Numbered from the stretch's first letter, positions 42,705 to 52,756 are shown. The stretch: DNA of 64,000 bases from Spirochaetota bacterium (GCA_965208615.1 CBDBPB010000001.1:1-64000), one strand, 5' to 3'. Made by a program: numbers and translations. The notes: generated by a model from the letters alone, not told the origin.

Positions 42705-43185
42705 TTAAAGGGATATTATTTAATAGTTTAGTTATCATTTTATGATAGAATTATGGATAGTCATACAAGGTAAAAAGGCAAGACATATAACGTAAAGGGA
42801 AGTGAATTCCAGATTTCTTTGTGGAACAGGAAAATTAAAATATTCATGGAAAAGTTATTTCCTTGTGTCAAGCAGGTTATCCCTTTATGCTCTTTAAGTG
42901 CTGCTTAAATGCCTTAGCAATGAACACAAAATATCACTTTTTATGCAAGTAGTCATCACTACGAGAGCTATTAAGAATCCCTTGCTGAGACTAAGGATTA
43001 TAGACCTTTATTAAGTGTTAACGGATTTATTGTTCTATAAAAGGATAGAGCGGATTATTGGAATATTCTATATTGACTTTATGTGTATATTTCTATGGGA
43101 ATTAAAAATAATAGAACAGCTTATACCTATAAAAATTGATTAACTTAGAACGTTTTTACAATAAACTACTAAAACATTTGATAAC
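42705..43185 (+). ncRNA. Candidate structured RNA / non-coding dispersed element, copy B
   Basis: Inverted homologue of 10666-11146; helix CGTAAAGGGA(42791-42800)/TCCCTTTATG(42880-42889) is invariant between copies. Confidence 0.5.
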
Positions 43186-43351
43186 AAAATGCCCGATAGA
43201 ATGCTTTTTGTTATATTTGCTAAAACGTTTGTTAACAAGTTAGTCCAAAAAAGGAAAAAAAAAAGAAAGAACAAAAATATTGAGTTAACTTCTGATATGC
43301 TTAATGAAGCTACAATATGGATAGAAGGTTTAGATAAAATTCATAGACCTA

Positions 43352-46300
43352 TTATTTGCCTATACTGCCTTCAACCACACTAACTAAACTATCAAACCTA
43401 TCATTAAATAGACTAATCTGACCCGATATTTGTGTCATTGCATCACCCTCTTTAAGCTTACCTAATGCCTTGCCTTTTTTATAAGTAGACCGAATATAGC
43501 TAAGCCTTTCAGCCTCATCTTGACTTAGCCAGCCAATAAGCTCTTTAAACCTAAGAAGGTTAAACTCAGCTCCAGTAGTAAGAAGTTGCGACTCATCAGT
43601 ATAGTGATTCATAATCAACTGATTAAGCTCCTCTTCATTCATAATAGGAACTACTTTTTCAGCCATCTTATTCATATTACGATAAGATCCTTGAAGTAGA
43701 AAGTTAGGCTCAGTTCTATAATCATCATCTTGAGCGGCAGAATATATGTATTGCTGATTAACTTTTAGTATAACATCTTGGATGACCAACAGCTTTTTAA
43801 AAACATTAACAAACTCTTTAACCTCTTCCATGGAATAGCCTTTTTCAAACTGAATACCTTCTGAACTATTAGTTTTGGCTATTTTAATCATTTCATAAAT
43901 ATCATGTTGACTACGAGATGCTAGCTTATTTAGTACAGTGTTGGATGTTAAACAATTCTCAAGATAAGATAAGTTAAAAACCTCTGCATTACCACCAATA
44001 ATATCCCCCAGATTATATGTATCAGCACGGTTAGCAAGCATATCAGGTACTCTAAACTTCTCACCACTTTCTGTATAAGGGTTGCCAGCCATAACAACAG
44101 CTACTTTCTTACCCCTAAGATCATAGGTTTTAGTTCTACCGTTATAAACTCCTTCAATCTTACGCTGAGCATCACACAAAGAGATAAACTTCTGTAAAAA
44201 CTCTGGATTACAATGTTGAATATCATCCAAATATATCATCACATTATTAGCCATCTCAAAAGCAAGGTTAAGCTTTTCAACCTCCTCTCTGGCAGTGGCA
44301 TTAACCGCCTCATCAGGATCAAGAGAACTAACCTGATTACCAATGGCTGGACCATTGATCTTCATAAAAATAATACCCAAACGATTACTAATATATTCCA
44401 TAAGAGTTGTCTTGCCATAACCCGGTGGAGAGATAAGCATAAGAAGTCCCATAAGGTCAGTACGTTTAGCTCCTCCAAAGGCTCCCATTTGCTTGGCAAG
44501 GTTAGTGCCAATTAGAGGTATATAAATTGAGTCAATCAGCCTATTCCGTACAAAAGAACTCATCACCTTAGGCTTAAACTCATTAAGACGCATATCTTCT
44601 TTTTTTGCTTCAGTTAGTTTTCTCTTCAGCTGAACATAGGCTTTATAGCTAGGGACTGACTCCAAATAAAAACTATTCAACCTAATTATAAAATCACTAA
44701 TATCAAGCTTTAGTGTGTGTCCATCAACTCTTGAATGCTGACCTATTATCCCATTAATTGTACAAATGGTATTAACAGGTTTAACAAGGCTTTTATCCAC
44801 AGTCTTTCGTGTTAAAAGGCTAATAGCCTCAATTAAGAAGTTATTTTTAGAGTGATTGTTCTGTTTTTCGTTATCATTATATTTAACAAAATGGAATAAC
44901 CAATCTTGGATTATAAATAGTTTACTTTCCAAGTCTGAGCCAACTGCCTTAATGGATTCAATAAACTTTTTGCTTGGGTCTTTCTTTTTCAAAAACTTTA
45001 TAAATCCAGCATAAATATCATAAGCATACTTAGTTATAGGAAATAAGTCTGACCCATCTTTTAACTTCTCTAAAAGAAAGTCTGGTATTTGTTTGAGATA
45101 GAGATCATTTACTGGCCAGGATAACTCACTAAAAAAGCTATCCACCATTACTCTAAGCTGTTTAGCGTATTCTTGGTGATAGTCCTGACTATCGGTTAAA
45201 GAATTTAAATAGCCAAAAGACTTAATCTTTTCTCTTAGACAAGTCTTATCCTCAGACTCAGGTGAATAATACCAAAAGATAGCTCCATAAGCTCTTGTGG
45301 ATGGGTGAAACCTAAGAATACCTGCCTCTTGTAAAACAGGATGGATAGTGGTTAATATCTTACAGGCATCCTCATCATGGACTCCTTTTTCATAGCCCTC
45401 ATCATATAGCCCTGACATAAAATCCCTAATGGTTTGTAATAATCTAGAGGGATTAGCAATCTGTTCTTTTAGTTCATTCTTTGATATAGGCTTATTCTCT
45501 GTTTCTATGCTGGTTAAGAATTTATAAGCCAAATATTCAGCACGATAAATACTTTTTGTCTCACTTGGCCATTCTTGTTGCCAAAACCTTTTAGTATTAT
45601 TAAAATCATTATCCTTAATCTTTTCAAAGAACTCAGTCCCAGTAAGATGGTAATACATAGACCCATTACGGTTTACAGTAGTAAGATCAAAAGCTTGTGT
45701 GTTAACAGTAAACTTATGGGAGCCAAAGGTAATTATATTACCTCCGTGCTCAAAAAGGTCTAAACGATCTTTTAGCTGTCTTGCACCGTCCTGTTGTAGG
45801 CTTTTTAGCCTACTAACAACCTCTTCAGACTTAACACTATCCCCAAGATCAAAAAGCTGTTTAACTATATCTTTAACCTTAGCTATCATCATATCAGAGG
45901 CAAAATAGCCGTTTAACTCATCAATGGACTTTAAGGTTTTAGTCCTATTGGATATACCCTTAAGAATACGATCAGCAGAGTTCCAAAGGGATATGGTCTT
46001 ACGATTTAGGCTTTCTTGTAATTGAACCTTACGATTGTCAAAGGCACTATATACCTCATTACGTTTTTCAGTTAGCTTTTCAATGTAGTCCTCAAAGTCA
46101 GAAAACTTACCTTCTAAGCTCTCAATCTGAACCATGACCTTAGTAAGAAGCTCTTCACATTTTTCAACGGTATCAGCCTGATCAATAAAGTTAGTCACCG
46201 ACTGATTAATAAGTTTAAACTGAGAAGAGAACTCAGCCTTAGCCTCATTAGAAAAAAGAGCCTTATAATGCTTTTTATGGATCGCCTTAACCTGATTAAT

Positions 46301-48298
46301 CCTAATATATACATTGGATATATTATCAATGATCTGCGAAGTTTGAGTTGAGTCCTCAATCTTAAGGCTGTTAGTTATATCGGTCAGAAGGTCAACACCA
46401 TTATTAAGCTTATTTATCTCTTTGCTCAGCTTTTTAATTTCGGTTACCTTAGAAAGACTAGGAATAGCCTCTTCAAACTTTTTAAGCTTTTCAAAAAAAG
46501 GAGATAAAGCATGTTTTTCCAAAAGAAAATTAACACAGTTTTGTGATATCTTATCATAGCTATCCCCAACTAATTTTTCAATCTCATCAACCCTATTTAC
46601 CTCAACATACCTAAGGTCTTTTAGGGATATAATATGCCCTCTTTGTATTTGAAGCTTGGTTAAGGAATCAACATACTCATCTACAACTAAAAACTTGGCA
46701 TTTTTTATATTGTCGATTAGTTTATTAGTGTCCTCTTCAGCAGAAGATAGGCTCTTTTCAGTGTTTTCTCTTATGGTAACTACTTTTTCGTATTCATCAA
46801 TAGCATCATTAGCAGTAGTTAATATATCTAGTAATATATCCTTAGGAGCAAAAGCCTCTTTATGATCCAGCCAAAAGTGAAGATCAATGGCATTAGTAAC
46901 CTCTTTTGCAATCTGATGATAAATCCCTAAATAAACCTCTGACTTCTGTAAAAGATTATATATACCCCTAAGGTCGGCTATTCCTTTTACCAATTCTTTA
47001 TTCCCAATCTTAGATAAGTGAGAACTACTATCAGCAGTTATTAGGGAAAAATCTTTAACAAAAGGAGTCTGCCATATTTGTATAGCATGACTCTTTTTAG
47101 AATCATTATCCCCCTTGAAGATAACCATTTTCCCGTTGTCATAAATAGAGAAACCATGACATAATAAAGGATTATCCACCTTTTTGCTAATGATGTTATA
47201 TTGGAGTAATATATATTCCCCAAACTCCTCGTTGTAAAAGATATATAAATAGTCCTCCCCATTGGGAGAGATAATTAACTTAAGAAAACTCATATCACTA
47301 ACATCAAGGCTAAAAGCTTTATAGTCCCCACTTTTAAGATAATACCCTTTTGGGAATATTAAGCCATCATCCTCAGGAAGACGAATAGCACATTGTCTAA
47401 TATCATCAACCCTAACCACTTTTTGGGTCTTCTCGTTAAATATAAAATAACGGTACTCCTTTTCCTGATAAGGCAAAATCTTTAATAAAATTATATGCCC
47501 CATTATAGAGTAGTAAATATCAGCATCATCCAAAGTTTGCTCTTTATGAATAACCTCTTCAGAATATATACCATTACCATCCTCAGTGTTATCCTCAACT
47601 TTAATGGTAATATCCCCCCCAACACTCTCTACAAAAACCTTATCCTCAATAGAGACATGAGGAAAACGACCATATATATTTTGCTCTCTAGTGGTTTTTA
47701 TCCATTCAAAGTCAATCTGTGGTGGATAAGAATAGCCCTTTGCCGATCTACTACCAGCATAAGTTAAAGTGTTATCCTGATTGACCTGCCACGTGAATAT
47801 TCTAATATCACTAGCGGACTTACCAGTCTGAAAGATCATAAAAAGATTAGCGTCTTTCTCAATAAACGTATTAAACGAAGTATCACGGTAATATTGGTAT
47901 AATCCATGAAAGTCTTTTATAAAGTTCTGATCGTTTAGTAAGTTATTCTCAAGGATACTAAAACTGTTATCCTTCATCTCATACAGACTAAATACATCAG
48001 AGACCTTCATCTCTTTCTTTAAACCAATAAAAACATTATATCCAAAAAGAAGCTTATTCCCAAGAGAAAACATATCTCTTGCTACACAGGTGTTATCAGT
48101 AATTATACGATCAGTAGCAATAATCTTATTCTCAAGAACACCAAAAGCCTCTTTTCTTTTTTCATTAAGTTTGTTAACCCTCTCAAAAAGCTGATTGCTA
48201 TAAGCCAAAAGCCTTTTTCGTATTATCTCATAAGCCCCACTCTCAAGGGTTTGTTCATCAGTAGTCTCATCTTGATTTAATATATTTTGTTTAGCCAT
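43352..48298 (-). CDS. Giant AAA+ ATPase (so-called 'DNA repair ATPase', DUF3686-type)
   Basis: GAYEIIRKRL N-terminus; ISPPGYGKTTLMEY Walker A; YLDDIQH Walker B; LQGSYRNMNK. Confidence 0.9.
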   Translation of the reverse strand: MAKQNILNQDETTDEQTLESGAYEIIRKRLLAYSNQLFERVNKLNEKRKEAFGVLENKIIATDRIITDNTCVARDMFSLGNKLLFGYNVFIGLKKEMKVSDVFSLYEMKDNSFSILENNLLNDQNFIKDFHGLYQYYRDTSFNTFIEKDANLFMIFQTGKSASDIRIFTWQVNQDNTLTYAGSRSAKGYSYPPQIDFEWIKTTREQNIYGRFPHVSIEDKVFVESVGGDITIKVEDNTEDGNGIYSEEVIHKEQTLDDADIYYSIMGHIILLKILPYQEKEYRYFIFNEKTQKVVRVDDIRQCAIRLPEDDGLIFPKGYYLKSGDYKAFSLDVSDMSFLKLIISPNGEDYLYIFYNEEFGEYILLQYNIISKKVDNPLLCHGFSIYDNGKMVIFKGDNDSKKSHAIQIWQTPFVKDFSLITADSSSHLSKIGNKELVKGIADLRGIYNLLQKSEVYLGIYHQIAKEVTNAIDLHFWLDHKEAFAPKDILLDILTTANDAIDEYEKVVTIRENTEKSLSSAEEDTNKLIDNIKNAKFLVVDEYVDSLTKLQIQRGHIISLKDLRYVEVNRVDEIEKLVGDSYDKISQNCVNFLLEKHALSPFFEKLKKFEEAIPSLSKVTEIKKLSKEINKLNNGVDLLTDITNSLKIEDSTQTSQIIDNISNVYIRINQVKAIHKKHYKALFSNEAKAEFSSQFKLINQSVTNFIDQADTVEKCEELLTKVMVQIESLEGKFSDFEDYIEKLTEKRNEVYSAFDNRKVQLQESLNRKTISLWNSADRILKGISNRTKTLKSIDELNGYFASDMMIAKVKDIVKQLFDLGDSVKSEEVVSRLKSLQQDGARQLKDRLDLFEHGGNIITFGSHKFTVNTQAFDLTTVNRNGSMYYHLTGTEFFEKIKDNDFNNTKRFWQQEWPSETKSIYRAEYLAYKFLTSIETENKPISKNELKEQIANPSRLLQTIRDFMSGLYDEGYEKGVHDEDACKILTTIHPVLQEAGILRFHPSTRAYGAIFWYYSPESEDKTCLREKIKSFGYLNSLTDSQDYHQEYAKQLRVMVDSFFSELSWPVNDLYLKQIPDFLLEKLKDGSDLFPITKYAYDIYAGFIKFLKKKDPSKKFIESIKAVGSDLESKLFIIQDWLFHFVKYNDNEKQNNHSKNNFLIEAISLLTRKTVDKSLVKPVNTICTINGIIGQHSRVDGHTLKLDISDFIIRLNSFYLESVPSYKAYVQLKRKLTEAKKEDMRLNEFKPKVMSSFVRNRLIDSIYIPLIGTNLAKQMGAFGGAKRTDLMGLLMLISPPGYGKTTLMEYISNRLGIIFMKINGPAIGNQVSSLDPDEAVNATAREEVEKLNLAFEMANNVMIYLDDIQHCNPEFLQKFISLCDAQRKIEGVYNGRTKTYDLRGKKVAVVMAGNPYTESGEKFRVPDMLANRADTYNLGDIIGGNAEVFNLSYLENCLTSNTVLNKLASRSQHDIYEMIKIAKTNSSEGIQFEKGYSMEEVKEFVNVFKKLLVIQDVILKVNQQYIYSAAQDDDYRTEPNFLLQGSYRNMNKMAEKVVPIMNEEELNQLIMNHYTDESQLLTTGAEFNLLRFKELIGWLSQDEAERLSYIRSTYKKGKALGKLKEGDAMTQISGQISLFNDRFDSLVSVVEGSIGK

Positions 48299-48346
48299 AG
48301 GTCTTTTCCGTCAATTTATGTGTAATAATTACTCTTTATCTAAAAC

Positions 48347-50359
48347 TTAAAGCCCCAATAGCTTTCCTGTTATAACATCACCTAATCCAGCTTTATCAGC
48401 CATACCCTTAAGCTCAAAAACCTTATTGAGAATACCCTGATCCTTAGTCGATGCGGATAGCTTAGTTAAAAGAGCAGATATACTTAAGTTTTTAATAACT
48501 TCACTGGATAAGCCCACCTCATCCAATAAACTGGTGATACGCTTTATAAGATTATCATCCCCTGATTTCAAAAGAGCATCTTTTAACTCAGTAAGAACTT
48601 TATTGTTCTCAAAGAAAGCACTGGAACTTTTACCATTAGATATTGATTGTGTGATTTTATTAAAGAACTCTGTCTCACCACCCACAATATCAATATTAGC
48701 ATTCTTTAATGCTGCAGATACAACGGTTGAATGATTACCAGCAATATCCTTGTGGATTTTTAACTGCTCCATAGCAACCTTTTCTTCCATAGCAAGCTTT
48801 ATCTTAAACTCTTCATGCTCTTTACCCGACTCATTAAGTAACTTCATAGCCTCAGCCTTTTTTGTTATCATAGTGGCCTCAGCCAAACCCTTTTGTTCAA
48901 TACCAATAGCCTCAGCCTCATAAGCAGCCCTATGAGAAAAAGCCTTAGCCTCACCCATCATTTTAACGGCATTAGCATCAGCCTCTTTGATTTTTACCCC
49001 AGCTAAACCTTTTTCTTTAATACCTTCAGCCTCAGCAAGACTCATCTCTCTAAGACCATCAGCCTCAGCTAACTTTACCTTTTTAATTGCACTAGCCTCA
49101 GCCTCCTTAACCTTAACCTGAGCAAGACCTGTAGCAGACTCTTCTTCAATAATCCCCTTTGCAAGAGTTTGCTTAGCCTCGGATATTTTAATAGATGTTT
49201 TTCTCTCTGTCTCAGCTTTAACCTCTCTTTCTTGAGCATTAGTCTCTGCCTTAACACGAATTACCTCTTTATCACGTTCAACTTCAGCAAAAGCCCTTAT
49301 GTCTTTTGTTTTTTCTTCTTCTTCAGCAATAGCCCTCTCCTTGTTAACCCTTTCACTAATAATATCCGCCATACTTTTTTTCTGATCTTCTATAAGTTTT
49401 ACCTGAGAAAGTCTTTCTATCTCAGTAGCACCTTTTACCCGCTCATCAGCGGCTTTAACATCCCGCTCTTTATTTTTAGAAGCAAGCTCTAATTTTCGAT
49501 CAGTTTCTATTCTCTGAGCATCAGACTTTAAACGCTCCTCTTCAGCAATCTTATTTGCCTCAGCCTCTTCCCTAGATTGAGCAATAGAAATATGAGCCTT
49601 TTGTTTTGCCTCAGCCTCAGCCTTTTGTTTTTCAAGCTCTAGTATTCTCTCAGTAGCCTCAGTCTCCCGCTTTACAACTATCTCTTTCTTTGTTAGAGTA
49701 GCTTCTTTAATTTTCCTTATACCCTCAGCATCCATAATGTTTTCAGGATCCAATTTGCCAACAGGAGTCTGCTCTAAATAATCTATTGCCGTATCCTCTA
49801 AAGTATAGCCATTTAAATCAGTACCAATTTCCTCAATTATGTTCTGCTTAAATATATCCCTTTCTTGAAAGAGTGATTCAAAGTCCATCTTTTTACCAAC
49901 AGTCTTTAATGCCTCAGCAAACTTAGCCTGAAAAAGATCATCCAATGTATCAGTGGTAGAAGCTCTCTCTATACCAATAGTCTGAGCAACAGTTATAACA
50001 TCAGACGACTCATTGTTAACCCTAACATAAAAATTAGCTGATATATCAGCACGAATATTATCCTTACAAATTAATCCATCAATCCCTTTTCGCTCAACAG
50101 TCATCTTTTTAATGGATATGTCCATACTCTCAGCCCTCTGTATGAACGGAAAAACTAAGCCCCATGTAAAAATAACTTTTATACCCTTAATAGATGTACT
50201 GTCATGAAGTTTTGTTTTAATACCAGGACCCATTATAATAAGGGAGTTACCTGGCTCTACCTTCCGTACAAATCTTTTTAAAAAAATTATTATTAGTATA
50301 AATAATATAACCACCCCAATAATAAATACTACTATTCCACTTTCTAAAATGCTAACCAT
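48347..50359 (-). CDS. Flotillin/SPFH (YqiK-like) membrane protein
   Basis: TM helix, GLICKDNIRADI, IDYLEQT, DAEGIRKI, AEA-rich coiled coil. Confidence 0.92.
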   Translation of the reverse strand: MVSILESGIVVFIIGVVILFILIIIFLKRFVRKVEPGNSLIIMGPGIKTKLHDSTSIKGIKVIFTWGLVFPFIQRAESMDISIKKMTVERKGIDGLICKDNIRADISANFYVRVNNESSDVITVAQTIGIERASTTDTLDDLFQAKFAEALKTVGKKMDFESLFQERDIFKQNIIEEIGTDLNGYTLEDTAIDYLEQTPVGKLDPENIMDAEGIRKIKEATLTKKEIVVKRETEATERILELEKQKAEAEAKQKAHISIAQSREEAEANKIAEEERLKSDAQRIETDRKLELASKNKERDVKAADERVKGATEIERLSQVKLIEDQKKSMADIISERVNKERAIAEEEEKTKDIRAFAEVERDKEVIRVKAETNAQEREVKAETERKTSIKISEAKQTLAKGIIEEESATGLAQVKVKEAEASAIKKVKLAEADGLREMSLAEAEGIKEKGLAGVKIKEADANAVKMMGEAKAFSHRAAYEAEAIGIEQKGLAEATMITKKAEAMKLLNESGKEHEEFKIKLAMEEKVAMEQLKIHKDIAGNHSTVVSAALKNANIDIVGGETEFFNKITQSISNGKSSSAFFENNKVLTELKDALLKSGDDNLIKRITSLLDEVGLSSEVIKNLSISALLTKLSASTKDQGILNKVFELKGMADKAGLGDVITGKLLGL

Positions 50360-50595
50360 GTTATCTCTCCTTAATTTTAGTAATTTAACAACCCATAGCT
50401 ATATGTAAAAGCATATTTATCCTACAAACAGCTAAAAAACAACTCCATGCTATAATCAAAACGCTATAATATATAGATATACTAATTATAGCGTAATAAA
50501 ATATAACAAATTATAGTACAGGTAAATATACATAAAAATTGAAAAAATACTATAGTAAGAAAAGTTTTTTTATAGTTTGTCTGTAAGAATAGATG

Positions 50596-51192
50596 CTAAA
50601 TACCATTATAACTGGATACGTAAAAAATATCTTTCTCCTTATCATATTCATAAATAAGGGCTTCGCTGTTCTTCTTAAGCCCTTCTGATAACTCAGCCCT
50701 TACGTTGATAATAATAGGAGATGCTCCAGTATGTACCCTAGCTATGCCAGACTTTGGACTTACCATTCTAGAAGTAATTAAACAAGTTTTGCCTATAAAG
50801 TCCGCCTTAGACAAAGACTCATTAGTTTCCAATAAACGCTTTAACGGCTTGGTAATAACCTTAGTCAAGATAGTTACCAAAGGAATTAATATAATCGCAC
50901 CAAGTAAAAAACGAAAACTATCATAACCAATAAGCCAAGCAAAATTATTCAATACAGCGCTTATAACTAACGAATATAGCCATATCTGAAAAGTAAAAAC
51001 AGATAGCCAAATAGAAAAAGGAATAGTACCAAGATTTAAAAAAGACCAAAAGCCATCAGCCTCTACTTCAAAATCAAATACCTCAATATCAAAAGCACCT
51101 AAAATAACAGTCAGCCAAAATAAAATAACTATCCCCAATAAAATTGTATATGGCAGGCTAATAGGTTCTAAAACATGAAAAAGAAGCTCCAT
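50596..51192 (-). CDS. YqiJ/NfeD-like membrane protein with C-terminal OB fold
   Basis: TM helices, LNLGTIPFSIW, FIGKTC, ALIYEYD. Confidence 0.8.
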   Translation of the reverse strand: MELLFHVLEPISLPYTILLGIVILFWLTVILGAFDIEVFDFEVEADGFWSFLNLGTIPFSIWLSVFTFQIWLYSLVISAVLNNFAWLIGYDSFRFLLGAIILIPLVTILTKVITKPLKRLLETNESLSKADFIGKTCLITSRMVSPKSGIARVHTGASPIIINVRAELSEGLKKNSEALIYEYDKEKDIFYVSSYNGI

Positions 51193-51433
51193 AAATATAC
51201 CCTCATAAATATAGTTGTTATAATATAATAGTTTTTAGCTTTGTAGACACTTAATTGATCGTCATAAAAACCTTAAATTAATTATTTATTACATATCTAT
51301 ATATCTATAAAGTATTCGATTACTTTTTCTTTTAATCCAAATTGTTGTTTAAATTATTTAATCTAGTTTTGCACAACGGAATAAAATTATTATTATACTA
51401 ACTTGATAATAAAATATAAAAGGAGTAAAAAAA

Positions 51434-51931
51434 ATGGCTAAAGTAACTCTTAAGGGTAACCCTATTAATACCAATGGTAATCTTCCTCAAAAAGGAGAAC
51501 AGGCTCCAGATTTTAAACTGGTTACCAACGATTTGCAGGATGTATCACTAAGTGATTTTAAAGGAAAGAAAAAACTATTAAATATAGTTCCAAGCCTTGA
51601 TACCCCTGTTTGTTCTGCGTCTACTAAAAAGTTTAATCAAAATGCTACTGAAAACAATGCTGTAATACTTGTTATCTCAGCTGATCTACCGTTTGCTCAG
51701 TCAAGATTTTGTGATGCAGAAAATACCAAGAATGTTAAAACTCTATCTATGATGAGAGGAAAGCAATTCGCAAAAGACTACGGTATTTTAATTGTAGATG
51801 GACCTTTAGCAGGCATCTCAGGAAGAGCAATAGTAGTTTTAGACGAAAGTGATAAAGTAGTATATACAGAGTTAGTTCCAGAAATTACACAAGAACCCAA
51901 TTATGAAAAAGCATTAGCCTCTTTAAAATAA
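51434..51931 (+). CDS. tpx: Thiol peroxidase (atypical 2-Cys peroxiredoxin)
   Basis: [24 protein letters not shown]. Confidence 0.97.
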   Translation: MAKVTLKGNPINTNGNLPQKGEQAPDFKLVTNDLQDVSLSDFKGKKKLLNIVPSLDTPVCSASTKKFNQNATENNAVILVISADLPFAQSRFCDAENTKNVKTLSMMRGKQFAKDYGILIVDGPLAGISGRAIVVLDESDKVVYTELVPEITQEPNYEKALASLK

Positions 51932-51940
51932 ATCAAAAGT

Positions 51941-51969
51941 TGAGTGCATAACTTAAGTTTATGTACTCA
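51941..51969. terminator. Bidirectional hairpin terminator
   Basis: TGAGTGCATAA...TTATGTACTCA between convergent genes. Confidence 0.7.
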
Positions 51970-51980
51970 CTATAGATATT

Positions 51981-52637
51981 TTAATCTATATCATTAATAA
52001 TTAGGCGAGTTTCGTCTTGAGATATTACACGACGAATTGCCTCATCATTAAGTTGACCCTTTTTCTGTTTAGTATTTTCAGTATTTTTCTGTTTAGTATT
52101 TTCAGTATTTTTCTGTTTAGTATTTTCAGTATTTTTCTGTTTAGTATTTTCAGTATTTTTCTGTTTAGTATTTTCAGTTTTAACATTATTTGATGACTTA
52201 TTAGCGAGACGTTGTTGAACATTATTTCTTTTTATAGTATTTCTTTTTATTTTGGTCTTATATAGTTTAGTTTTATATAGAGTTGAAGATTTTATACTTT
52301 TGGGTATATTATTGTTTTGAATAGGTTGTTCTTCCTTATTAGTAAGATTATCATTATTAGGAAGGTTATCATTTTTTATAATTATTTGATTATTTTTTTC
52401 ATTATTTAGTTTATCTGTATTTTCTTTGTTTACGACTACGTTATTAGTCTCAATTAATTTTTTAGATTTATTAGAACTTTCACTACTAAGATCGCCTATT
52501 TTATCATAATCATAAGAATAAATATACTCTAAGTAACTACGTATACTAACAATAGATAATATTATAATAGCTAAAAATAGTATTACTCTTTTATAAGGCG
52601 ACCTTTTTTTAATAGGTTTTGTAAAAAGACCACTCAT
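51981..52637 (-). CDS. Membrane-anchored low-complexity protein
   Basis: N-terminal TM helix; N/K-rich linker; TENTKQK repeats. Confidence 0.7.
   Translation of the reverse strand: MSGLFTKPIKKRSPYKRVILFLAIIILSIVSIRSYLEYIYSYDYDKIGDLSSESSNKSKKLIETNNVVVNKENTDKLNNEKNNQIIIKNDNLPNNDNLTNKEEQPIQNNNIPKSIKSSTLYKTKLYKTKIKRNTIKRNNVQQRLANKSSNNVKTENTKQKNTENTKQKNTENTKQKNTENTKQKNTENTKQKKGQLNDEAIRRVISQDETRLIINDID
52061..52178 (-). repeat. In-frame 24-bp VNTR, ~5 copies
   Basis: TTTTCTGTTTAGTATTTTCAGTAT repeated; encodes NTENTKQK. Confidence 0.95.
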
Positions 52638-52682
52638 GGCTATACCCTTTTATATATATATTCTAATATCTTTTTAGATAGA

Positions 52683-52711
52683 AAAGTACTATATTAAATT
52701 TTATTTGTCAA
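52683..52711 (-). promoter_or_regulatory. Sigma70-like promoter
   Basis: TTGACA-17 nt-TACTTT on the minus strand, upstream of 52637. Confidence 0.6.
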
Positions 52712-52756
52712 GTAAAATATTAAGTTTTTATACTTTACAAGTAAATTTATGTTTAA

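Noticed and set aside
42770-43000. Cobalamin or c-di-GMP riboswitch, or group I intron (AAAGGGAAGTGAATTCC, GGCAA..ACGTAAAG, CTGAGACTA)
   Set aside because: Only isolated motifs match; the remaining conserved elements and a downstream co-oriented gene are missing
42742-43188. Recoded or read-through protein in the element (one frame has few stops, mostly TAA)
   Set aside because: TAA is a normal stop in the flanking genes, substitutions between copies are only weakly third-position biased, and each copy has a private stop. A decayed-gene origin is not excluded.
43189-43383. 64-aa ORF
   Set aside because: No clear RBS, overlaps the ATPase 3' end, and not conserved next to copy A; at most a gene fragment
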